A DNA stretch of 64,000 bases, from contig JASANG010002430.1 in assembly GCA_030248215.1 (NCBI GenBank), forward strand, positions 248,001 through 312,000, written 5' to 3'. Both the position numbers and the translations under genes were made by a program. The DNA comes from Enoplolaimus lenunculus. Its lineage: Eukaryota. Positions 1-12,121 of this stretch are shown here, piece after piece. The notes under the pieces are model-generated. The model saw nothing but the letters and a program-made list of their open reading frames with translations, ran no database searches and was not told the origin of the DNA. Numbering within the stretch: the stretch's first letter is position 1; every line of letters starts with the position of its first letter.

Positions 1-174
1 CGCTGCAAGCATGTACCTAGGCTTTTTTCTTAATTGAAACTGTATCACTGCCTATGTTTATGGGAAAGAACAATAGCTTAAAACATATTTTTTTACCATT
101 TCAAATATAATGTTCTTTTTTTCATTTGTTTAATGAATAGTTTAATGACTTAATTATTTTTTATACAAATGCAG

Positions 175-869
175 TCAACACAGCTTCTCGTATGGAGTCA
201 ACCAGTAAAGCGATGCGCATTCATGCTTCAAAAACTATTGTTTCCTTACTACGGATTCACTATCCGGATGATTTTAAATGCACTAAACGCGGAGTTATTG
301 AAGTCAAAGTATGTATTGCGGTTTTCTTAGTACTAGTCTTCACCGATACCGGGGACGCTTTTCCTTAAGACTTCGCGAAGCAGAAGTGTGTCACACTGCG
401 AAATTCTGTTTTAGTATCTGTAATATAGCGTGTGAATACAAGCTTGTGAATCCAAACCTATTTTAAATCCAGGCGTTTATTTCTGAAAACAGCTACTACA
501 GCCGGTAATTTTGCAGTTTTGTTTAGAAAATTGGTTTTGTTAAGTAAACTTATTTCATGAACTTTAGTAGATACTTGGATTTTCAGATTAATTTCGTTCC
601 AAACTTTAAAATCTAAACATCGAACGTCAGAAAAATGTTTACGTTACGAAGCACTGAAACATCATAATTACGCTGCAAATCATGTCATTTGTTGAAAGGT
701 TTTCCATTTTTAGGGTAAAGGCCAAATGGAAACGTTCTGGATACACGAATCAGATACAAATTACGAATTGGATGCTGTAATACCAGGAATGAATGATGAA
801 TTTCAAGAAGAAGAAGAATTGATCTTACTAGGAACCGAAAAAAAGGACCAAGTCAAAGAAGAAACATAA
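175..869 (+). CDS. 3' end (last two exons) of a guanylyl cyclase gene, tandem paralog of 4212-12121; 5' part lies outside the window
   Basis: Exon 175-308 (ag|..|gt) reads (V)[44 protein letters not shown]. Exon 714-869 reads [51 protein letters not shown]. Both have class III cyclase motifs (NTASRMES, KGKGxMxTFW) and the same lengths (134, 156 nt) and phases as exons 7-8 of the downstream gene. Confidence 0.93.
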
Positions 870-3800
870 TTTGATTGAGCGACCCACAATTGATTTTTAA
901 ATTTCATGTTTAAATTCCACATTGTATTATTTATCGAATTCTAATTCAATATGAGTGGTCATCTATTATTGGTCATAAACCTTCAACACATTGTACACGA
1001 AATATTAAAAACTTAAAAATGTGCAATTGACAGTGGAACTTTCAAACTTATGGCTATTTACTTTGTACACACATTTACTCAAATTGTATGTTTGGCTTCT
1101 GATAACCAATATTCCGCTGAGTACTCTAGGTTGTATAGGCAATAATATATGTACTATTGTGGAACAAGTACAAAATTTCTTGAATTTTATCATAGCGTGT
1201 ATTAGAAATAGGTAACGAAATAAATCCTCCAAATTTTTTGAGCGGAGCAAAAGTTCACTTTTTTACAGGCTTTCGAATAACCTATTAAAACTTTAGTTGC
1301 ATTTAAGGATTTATGTTTGCTGTTGAAAAGAATGCCTGGTCCTGGGGATTGCATTAATGCTGTTAATACAGACATGATTCTGAGCAGTACAGATACTCTC
1401 TGCTAGGGCTGTTCTTGTACTATTCGTTCTTGTGTTTTATATTTTTTCTTTATTTATGTTACACAATTGCTTTCTTTGCATATAATTGGTACAATTTTGC
1501 ACCCCATGTTTAAGTACTCTGATGAGGTTTTCGGATCGGGTGTCGTTAATTCAGAATAGCTTTAATGTTGTAAATTTACTATGACCAGAGCTTAACAGTT
1601 TAATGGCCAAGTTCTTAAAATTGCATATCAAATTACGAAATGCGAACTAGGTTTGCAGTTTTCAACCTAGTTATAAATGTGATCCAACGATCTTAGCTTT
1701 ACTCTAAACGATCTTTTTAATTGAATATGTGTTACTTTTTTGCACTATTTTGTGTTGTGTTAGTAAATTCAGAATTACATCGGTTTGTCTAATTCTTGTA
1801 ACCAAATGATAACAGCTCATGTTATAGAACATACCCCAAACGTTCTCCTTGACTAAAGTTGAAGTTCTAATTTTGCTTAGGCTCATGCTCAGATTCATGC
1901 ATAGGCTGAGGTTTATACTTAGGCACACATGCACGTTTATAACGTTCTGGTTTGTTGAACTCACGGGTAAGCTAAACTATAGAAGTTGTGGTGTTGCAAC
2001 AGAATTGCATGAATCTAAACCTAATCTTATTTGCTTTAGCCTAAAGCCTAAACGAACACTTGAAGCAGTTTTCGCGTTTTGAAAAAACGTTTAAAGCAGT
2101 GACTTCGCTTTGCTATGGTAGCTAGTTATTTTAAAAGTTTTCAACTTGCAACCAAGCGTTTTGAAGGATGTTTTGGAAATGTAAAATGCATTTAAAACAG
2201 TGGTATTATATTAATGCGATCGATAAAAAACTTAGTTCGGAAATTTGCGTATTTGCACTAAGTACAAACCACCGCTAGGCTCTTTCACGATGGTATCAAC
2301 GCTTTTCAACAAGATTACCGGAAGCTTTTCACTAAATGTTGCAACCCATATATAACACAGGTTTGTTTTGAATTTTCGTGCGCGAAAGCCGCAAGCTCAA
2401 GTACTAAAATTAACTTGATTTGGGTTACATTCTTACGCTACTGGAATTTGGGCCATAAATTCATAAATGCTTTTTACAGGACATGATGTGTGGGAATTTT
2501 TAGGAAACAAGCCTCCTCACCTACGAAGCGAACCGTAGCCAGGATATTGAAAATGTTAACACACAATGTAGCCATGATTTCGTTTGAAGAGTAACGATTT
2601 TTGTTAACCTCCAAGAACAGTAGCGTAACGATAAAGTGAACGGTAAACCGCCTGACTCAATTTGTAAATATCACAAAATAAATTTTTTGCCCCATTAACT
2701 TTTGAGCAAGCTGCCGCCATCGTCAATAATTATTTTCGCAGTATTTTGTTTTGCGCACCGTACAGTCAAAAAATTAAAAAAATTTCGAAATCAACTCGAG
2801 TTTGGCGGATACGCAAAGAAAATTTAAGAAGCTTGGTAACCATAATTCAATAAAACCTGCTAGGTTGCATTTCATACCAATCAAAACAATTTCACAATTT
2901 GGTTTCAATTCACCTCATTAATCGCTACTGTACACAAAACATTATTAGTATAATAGGTATGTTTTTGATTTGCTGACAGGGCTGCTAAACGCCGTCTTTC
3001 CCTTTCCAGTTTTTAAAAAATTATAAAATTTTTTACAGACCCAGAATAAACAAAAATGAGACAATTCAGAGATCAGTTTAATTTTTCACAATTTGTGCCC
3101 TAAATTTTTGATTTGGTATCAGAGACCTAAAATACTGCTTGTGAATAGAATTTGAGATGGCGAACAACTTTATTTTAAATCATCTGACTTGTTAATCTTT
3201 TCTTTGTTTAGTAGAGCAACTTAGCGTAAACTGGGTATGCCAAATACTCTAGAATCAATTCGTATTAGAGTTCCGGGAACAAATTGTGGTTGGATATTAA
3301 ATGTCGCGCGAGTCACAACCCGCTCACGCAATTTAAACTCACCGGCGTACGACTTCCTTGTCTTCCAGACAATTATAGGAAACCGTATAACATGCTCAAA
3401 CGATTTTTGATTTAAACACTGAAAAATCATATTTTTGCCGCAGATTTAATATTTTCTCAAATATCTTCGTATGATGAATTTTTGTTCTGCGCTGGTCAGA
3501 TTTATGAAATTGTTGCTACAACGAATTGTGGCATGAAAATAAACAGATTTAGGGTTTCTTTTACACTATATTAACTTAAAATCAATTAAGTAAGCTCGCA
3601 GTGATAGAATAGTTTTATTACTTCCTCGTTCAGGTAACTTGGTAAAATTTGTTTCCATTTAGTAGAACTTTAGCTTGGCGTAAAGACCTGTTAACCTAAC
3701 ATATAGATCTCTACTAAAGAAAATGTAGTCTGAAGAAAAACAAATTAAACGGGTTTTGAATTGTTTGATTCAGCTAAATTATAGGTTCTGTTCCGTGCAA

Positions 3801-4211
3801 CTAAATTTAGTTTGGCAGTACTACTGAGTGGGTAAAGCTTAAAACTTAAAGCAAAAGTTGGACTCAGCGATAATTAACAAGTACAACTAGCACCTCCGGA
3901 AAATTCAAACTGATGTTACACGAAATTTTGTTTGTATTGTATAGACCTAATATGTATCTTTTAGCAGACGCTACCTACATATTGGCCAGACAGTCTTGGG
4001 TTCGAGCTAAATTTGGAAAGCACATGGCCTAGAAGTTTTGACAATGTATATGTTTGCGTTATTACTCGCTATGGTACATGTACATAACAATAAACCGGGT
4101 TTTGAATAACTGTAATATAATATACGAATGTGATAATAGTGGTGTACTGCATGTGTAGTTGCAAAGGGCACGCAATAAACCATTACAAACACTTTACAGA
4201 ATTTTTCCGTA

Positions 4212-7200
4212 ATGAATAACATAAGCACACTATTCTTACTTGTTTACGTTAGCTTAACAGCATTTAACTTTTGTGAGCAAGCTTCAATTGTTGTCAAAGG
4301 CATAGGAGCTTCACTTCCGGCAACGGTATATAGGGAATGGATTGTGCGGTATCAAATCGTAAAAGGCTCGCAGGTCAATCCGGTCAAAATAATGTATATA
4401 AGCTCAAATAGCCTTTTGGGCAAAGAATCAATGAAACGCTCAACAGCTGGAAATCAATCATCGTACGTCTTTGCTGGGACCAATTCCGATTTTAGCGACA
4501 AAGAATACTTGGAGAATCCGCAAATGACGATTTTTCCGGTGATGTCTGGGTAAGAATTTATTTGACGCTGGAGACAATCGCCGAAATACAGATACAAAAA
4601 ATAGACGCTTTGCAGTATTTAGAATTGATTAAATAAATTACTTACGAGAATGGCAATTTTTTCGGTATCACTTAGCAACTTATAATGATTTTAGCAGCGT
4701 CAGCACTTTTTACATTCATTCTCAATCGACAGTTTAATCTAGCAATAGAGAAACATTTTTTGACAGCAAATAATTTAAAACAAATACAAATAGCATTTAA
4801 TTTTCGTGTGTTACTTTAGCAAAAGTAACTTTAGTATAACTGTCGTTGGTAAACTTCAGAAAGACCAATATATCTTGGTTTTACAATACGGGTGCCATAG
4901 TGAGTTTTGAGCTCGCATAACTTTCACTCAGTGTAATGTATCGAGAGTGAAAGGTGTATTCTCGTATTCCTGTCGTAAGATGTAAACAGGTTTCCGTCTG
5001 CAAAATTTAACTCATTTCAATCATACTGGCACAAATTTAAATCTTTTATAAATTTTTGCGTTTCACAACCGTTTTCGGTTCTTATATGCAATTTTCTTAC
5101 TGACTATACCATATACACCGTGGTTCATCGCATATCGTTACGGACCTTTAGTAATTGGAACAGAAATTATGCACCAAAGAAGAAACTGAATGGTGAACGA
5201 AAGGTGACCACTATGCTTGCGTGCCTATTTCAGGTTCAGTGCGTGAAAGTTTCTGAACTGCTGTGCCTACCCACGGCATGTGTCAGTAAACAGGTAGTGC
5301 CAGGTAATCTTAAAATTCAAATTTTCAACCCATAATTTATGAATTAGAAAATTAAGACGGATGCAGTTTATAGCAGCTCGCTCACAAAGGCTTTTCAATT
5401 AGAACATATTGAAATGTATAAGATGTTCATCAACAGCTTTTAGTTGAAATTTATCACACGGTTTAAGCATGTTACTGTAAAATGCATAAGAAGTTGGCTA
5501 TGTTGCAGAAACAAGGAAATCACCTGTTTCACGTTGCCTAACTTTCACTAGAAAATAAAAATAGTACAGATTTGCCATGTCATTCATTAGTTAGGTACAT
5601 TAAAATGCTTATTGAATGCGTTTGACTTACTTCAAAACCGCAACACTTAGTCAATCACCACTTATTTCTCAAGATACGGTTTAGCTCGTTTCTGTAACCT
5701 AGGATTTATCAAAAATCGCATGTTAAATCGTTACCGCCATGAAAACCTAAACACGTCCTCGAAGGCCGAGTTAAATTGCATCTGCCCACAGATCAACTAG
5801 ATAATTATGCAGTAATTTTTAGCGCAATCGTTATCGTATACAACATTGACGGTCTAAACTTAACACTGACCTTGGAACAATGCGTTGGAATATTCAGTCG
5901 AACAATTACCAAATGGAACGATCCAAAACTGCTAAAACTGAACCCAGGCTTAGCTTCTCATGACGCTGAGATTAAGCTAATAGCTCGACAAGATGAGTCC
6001 GACTCTACTCGGATCCTAACTTCAGTCCTAAGCGACGCCAGTGAAATTTGGCGAAACAGCCAAGGGGTGTTTGTAACAGGACAACAAAATATCAAATCCA
6101 AAATAGCAGCCAGAGGGTGGTCTTTAGACGCGATCTATATGTACGGCAAAGGAACTGCTGGAGTCCTTGGATTTGTCAGTTCGATTCCGTATACTATTGG
6201 ATACGCGTCATTTTCCGCCGCTATGACAGTAAATTTGCAAATTGCACAATTATACAATAAAATGAACGTGTTAATTCCGACCGAACGAATATCACAAAGC
6301 GTTAAAAGCGCAACTGATTATTCGATGCGAACCTTTGGCAACAGATTGGTGACCAGTTTGACCAATTCGCCAACTCGTGATGGATACCCAATGTCAACAT
6401 ACACGTATATTGCTGTCAACAAAACAACATCAACAACAATTTCGTGCAAGCAAATGGTCGAATTTTTGCGATTCATCAATTGGGCGTTGACTGATCCCAT
6501 TGCTCGCGAAATCGCTGTTCAGTACTCTACTGTACCACTGGCGACTCCAATGGTTGCAAAAATACAGGAGAATGTGCTGCAAGTAAGTGCCCAAAATTTA
6601 CTCTAGGAATGTCTTATCATGTATACCAAAAAATATATTATTTTAAGAATTTTGGTGTGTGAATTTGAAACTTTATTTTTGAACAGACGTTTTCAGTAGA
6701 AATCAGTTAGATTAGAAATAGAATGTTTTGCAATCTCATGTTTATGATCCTATAAAAATTATTTGACAATTATTAAAGGGTTGTTTCGAAAATATCGCAG
6801 TTTGTTGTTCTATGTCACAAAACCATTTCGTTACAATTATGAACCGCAAGAAATAAACCCAACCTCATGAATCTATATCTAGCGTTTCTAAAGCTCCTAC
6901 AGTTATACCACAATCTTATTTTACCAACGTTTCGTAGAACAAAATATATCAAATACAAGTTTTGCTTCTTTCTATTAAAGGCGTGTCTTTGTTTCACTTG
7001 ACCTGCATATTTCAATATGCAATTAAATTAAGTGTGTATATTAATAATTCCCAATTTCTTATAACTTATAAGATTAACTTTAACCCTGAGCATACAACGT
7101 AAGTCTGTTCAACCGAAGTTTAACGCAGATAGAGTTGAAATATAAAACGAATTAAAGATGAAGCACGTTCATTTTTTACAACTAAAAGTCCAATTTAACC

Positions 7201-10200
7201 ATAAGAGTTTTCAACTCTTTTAAAAGGGGTTTTACAATTTATAAACATGTAATTCAGTAAACTGCTATTCAAGGATGTAAAATGCTGTTGTACATCATAT
7301 GTTCTGTGCCGTGTTGGCCGCTGAAAGAAAATGATGTGCGTTAATTATGTGAAATCTGGATTAAATTATTTTGATTTTAATATAATTCTTTAATTACAGC
7401 GTTTAAAATGTCAAGGAAGAAACTTGTGGGAACTGATGGAAGATGATATTACCGAAGAACTTGGCATAATTCAACGCAAAAAAACACTGGTTATTGTGCA
7501 AACAACTATACTTGTAATTCTGTTTATTAGTACAATCGTAGCTTGCAGTATATTACAGAAATATCGACTAAACAAAGCCGCAAACGCAAAATCGTGGCTA
7601 TGGACTGAAGCGGATTTGAAACTGTTCGTCAAAAGTAGCATGTCTGTCGGCAGCCGAAACACTCTTGAAGTCGAAGCCGATAATTTGCTGCAAAAGATCA
7701 GCAAACGACAAAAATTTGCTACAAACCAAGATCAAACATATGTTTTGTTCGAAGCGACCTTTAAACAGTTACCGGAAAATTTTTCTCTTCGGAGTAACCG
7801 GATGGTGAATGAGTTGATACAAAAAATCAACCATGAAGGCGTAATGCGTCTTGCTGGTATAGTAGTTTTAAGCGCTGGGTTGAAATGTTATTATCTTTTC
7901 GCTGGGCAAGAAGTTAGCTGGTTGCATTTTGTATTTAAAACCTCGCGATACAGAATTAGCGACGAAGTACGGCTTGAAATTATTATCGACGCCGCAGTTG
8001 CCATGGATTTTCTACATGACAAAGGCATCGCACATACAACGCTGAACTCGTTGTCGGTATTTTTAGACTCAAAATGGTCAATTAAAATTGGCGATTGGTG
8101 CAAAAAAGACATCTTTGAAACTGAAGGCGGAAAAGTAAACTGGTGTGGTCAGTTATCGGCCCAAATTAACACATACTTGGATCAAATGGAAAATGAAGAA
8201 TCAGAACAAAAACTAATTCTGCAATATATTGATCCACAAGTATTTGTGTTTGCTAGTGCGGCGGACGGTGCTTCGTGTCAGTCAATGGATTTTTATAGCT
8301 TTGGAATGTTGATGGTTGAAATGTGGACAAAGTTGACACCGCTTCACGAAACGAATACGGGAATTCCCGTCGAAGAAGGCATTAGGTGTGTGTTGTCGGG
8401 ACGTAGTCGGCCTGACGTTCCGGAAACTATTGATCAAAACACGAGAGATTTAATTAAGTCGATGATTCAACCAAACGCGGCAGCGAGACCTTCGTTTAAA
8501 AATACTATAAACACGCTTCGTGAATTTAAAGCTTCAGACAATAGCGATGGAATTGTGAGCACGCTGATGCGGTCGATGGAAGAATATATGGCTAATTTAG
8601 AATTGCGGGTAACGAATTATATATAGAATATAGAAGAGTTGTGTTGGTGGGTGTATTTTGTGGACAGCGCAGTAGACTGGAAACTGATGTAAATAAAGGA
8701 TCAAACTATATTTTGAAACCTTTCACCATTTTCAAAAACTTACATACTTATGCTTTTTCTGGCTTGTCCACCACTACATTGTTGTGATGTTCTTATTGAA
8801 ATGGAAATGTTGAAACACACCAGTTTGCCAGTACATTCTGCATGTATTAATAATAAGCAGTAAAGCGAAAATTAACCGTAAAACTGTGCGCATTATTCTA
8901 GGTTGCCCAGTCATGGAAAACCTTCATAATACTAATTTAGTAATTTAAAAGGTTTCCACTAACATTTTATCGCATGAAAGTCTTCAAATTCATTTGATAA
9001 GCAACTTCAAAGAGGTAGAATTCGATTTCTAGTTTCACCGCAGTTATAGGAACTAGGTAATTTATCACCGGAAGGCTTTTACGTCTTATAGATATTTTCC
9101 ATTGCGCGTATACGTATAAATTAATGTATACTGCTTTTGGGTTGTATGTATATCATTTGCATTTAGTTGTTCATAGTGTGCTTATCAGAAAAAGGTTAAA
9201 GTGGAACGAGGGTCAGAGTAGAATATCATTTTCACGTTCCTTTGTGAAGCATAACGCGGATTTGACACATATTAAAAATGTTACTTCTTCAGAGCAGTTC
9301 ACGCATTTCCAATCCAGCAACGCCGGAATATTTGCTAAGGACATAAGCCTAGCGTTGCTAACTGAGCTACAAGTTTATCACTATTTCACTATAATAAAGA
9401 AATTTAATGATCGGAAAACAATGTATTATCATGTGCTTTTGTATCTCTGTCATAATCCAGTGATTCACATACCTTTCAAATCAGATATCTTCTTTGTTTT
9501 AGATAGAGGAAAGAACTCAAGAGTTGAAAGCGGCAAATAACAAAGTCGAAGATTTGCTACAAGCAATGTTGCCTGGTGAAGTTGCGAAAAAGCTTCTTGC
9601 TGGGGAACAAGTTGAGCCTGAATTTTTCAACGAAGCGAGCATTTATTTTTCGGACATAATTGGTACGTTTATCGTTGTAAAACTATACTAGTCAACGTGG
9701 TTGCAAATTTGAAACTCAAAGACATTCTTCCCAAAATGTTTATTCCTGAAAACTGCACAATACGTTTTGTTTACATTTCGGTTCATTTTCAATTTTTTCC
9801 ACATCCTGGACATTTATTTGCAAAAAATGCGTGGTAGTTTACACATATATGTTCTCTTGTTTATATAATGTGAAAATACAACAGCTGGAACGATGCCCAA
9901 AATACGTATGTGGGTCGTTCCAGCATTAATAATAGATTTCTAACTGGGAGGCAAAATATATGAATTTTGTACACAGTAAAAATAAAACACAAATTCTATC
10001 TCGCTTAACATAAATTCTTCTAAACTAAGTCTAAATTGCACTTATTTTATGTTATTTTAATTATGCAGGGTCCACAATAAGGAGTGACACTGTGGTGGAA
10101 AATTTCCAGTCATTCCGACAAATTAATAAATTTACATTCATTTTAACGCAGTCTGGAATGAAAAAATATTTTTCAAAACAAATCGTAACTCATTTAATTT

Positions 10201-12121
10201 CCCCTTTAATTTATATTGCAGTTTTAAAATTGCAATTAAAAATTTTTAATATTATAAAATCGTGTAAAATTTTAGAATAAAATTTTACGTAGCCTGAATT
10301 GAATTTAATACTTGTTATGTAATTTAAAGTCAGTTTGCAAACTGTTATTACGTTACTGCAATGCATTCCTGGCTACGCGAACAAATACGATTCAGTTACC
10401 CGGAATTGAATATTGTTTAAAAGTTTATTTTCAAACTGAATTCCGTTTTCTAACCACTGTGTCACTCCTTATTGTGGACCCTGCATTACATACATTTACG
10501 CAGTAGTATATCAAGTGGGACCACTGGAAGCAAACCAACACGTTGTTCGTTGTCAACATTATTGCGTAGACGGTCATCTAGGCATTGGTCTACACATAAA
10601 AGCCGGTTACTGTAAAAGTTTCTTGTAAAATTTCAGGATTTTCAAAAGTAGCCACAGAGTCGTCACCGTTACAAATTGTCAATCTTTTGAATAAAGTATA
10701 CATTCTGTTTGACGAATGCATCGAAAAATTTGACGTGTACAAAGTCGAAACCATTGGTAATGTTATTTTGCATTTTTGGGTTTTTAGAGCCGCCACTAGA
10801 AATTGTTTTAGCTCTGCTCAAAGTTAACAACAACAACTTAAAAATTTATAAAACCGTTTTTACTATTTATACTTTGCCATTTTCAGGAGACGCGTATATG
10901 TGTGTCTCCGGTGTTCCAAAACGCAATGAACAACGACACATTTGTGAAATAGCAAAAATGGCAATTTCAATCGTCAAATCCATGAAAGGGTTCATGTTGC
11001 CACATAATCCTTCGAAGAGCGTTGAAATCCGCGTCGGAATCAATTCAGGCCCTGTAATGGCCGGAGTTGTAGGTGTAACCATGCCGCGATATTGTTTATT
11101 TGGCGATGCAGGTATACGCTCAGAACTACTTGGCTGTCTAAAAAAGTAAACACGGGCCTGCAATGAAACCAAAACTTAAACACAATTTTTGTCACCACCC
11201 ACACAAGGTAGATGTCTATCAGGTCTAAGCTCTCCAGGCGCCTATCCTTTAAACTACATTGACTGTATGAAGGCTAGTAGATTAAGACATAACTATAATC
11301 CACAGTGCGAATTTCAAAAATATCCTTAATCCATTCAAATGTTTCAACCAGAATTACTGTTATGAATCACTGTAGCCGAATAGCATGTGATTATTAGTTT
11401 TTCAGTGAATACTGCTTCACGAATGGAGTCAACAAGCAAAGCGATGAGAATACATGCTTCAAAAACAATTGTGTCGCTGCTAAGAATTCATTATCCTGAC
11501 GATTTTAAATATACAAAACGAGGTGTAATTGAAGTAAAGGTAAAATATAATAACATTTTTACCAAAACCGTTTCACACTCATTCGAGCTAAAATACAACT
11601 TGAACATTTATATTGATATTAAAACAGCGTTTTAATGAACGTTGAAAAGTGTTGGCACAATGCGGTTTGCTGAAATTGTAGCCTGTTTTCGGGCTTGTAC
11701 TTCCATGAGAAATCGATCCTTAAAGGTGTGGTCGTAAATTTCTGTAATTCTTAAAACTATAGTATATACAGAAAAAATGGTCAGAACAAATTGCTGGATC
11801 ATGTAATCGATGAAATATGTTATGCGCCGTTCCGTAAAACTGTTTGTAACGTTGACAATACGTGCATATAAGCTGCTGACAAGCATCAAACAATGTGAAG
11901 TCTACATATCACATATGCACATAATGAACAAGGATACAGGTACGGTAAGCGCTTATGTATTACAGGGTAAAGGTCAAATGGAAACGTTTTGGATCCACGA
12001 ACACGATACCAATTTCGAATTGGACCCAGTCATTCCGGGCATGAATGACGATTTTCAAGAAGAAGAAGAACTCATTCTGCTTGAGCAAGACAAGAAAGAA
12101 ACCGTCAAAGAAGATAAGTAA
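4212..12121 (+). CDS. Single-pass receptor guanylyl cyclase, 1033 aa: signal peptide, PstS-like phosphate-binding-protein ectodomain, TM helix, kinase-homology domain, signalling helix, guanylyl cyclase domain
   Basis: Exons 4212-4549, 5823-6582, 7400-8608, 9503-9662, 10637-10756, 10887-11111, 11406-11539, 11966-12121 join into 3102 nt with no internal stop. Hydrophobic signal peptide [24 protein letters not shown]. PstS motifs [75 protein letters not shown] about 7487-7555. Pseudokinase motif [22 protein letters not shown]. Helix [16 protein letters not shown]. Intact GC motifs [35 protein letters not shown]. Confidence 0.95.
10064..10485. mobile_element. MITE (422 bp) in intron 4 of the guanylyl cyclase gene, TTA flanks (PIF/Harbinger-like, or decayed Tc1/mariner-like)
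   Basis: 33-bp terminal inverted repeats TGCAGGGTCCACAATAAGGAGTGACAC(T/A)GTGGT with one mismatch; TTA on both sides (10061-10063, 10486-10488); AT-rich non-coding interior. Confidence 0.85.

Noticed and set aside
1517..1550. Hammerhead ribozyme at CTGATGAG
   Set aside because: No stem II/GAAA continuation follows the motif.
5776..6606. Stand-alone bacterial pstS gene or contaminant
   Set aside because: The segment is bounded by canonical splice sites in the phases needed to join exons 1 and 3; there is no pstCAB and no prokaryotic gene density.
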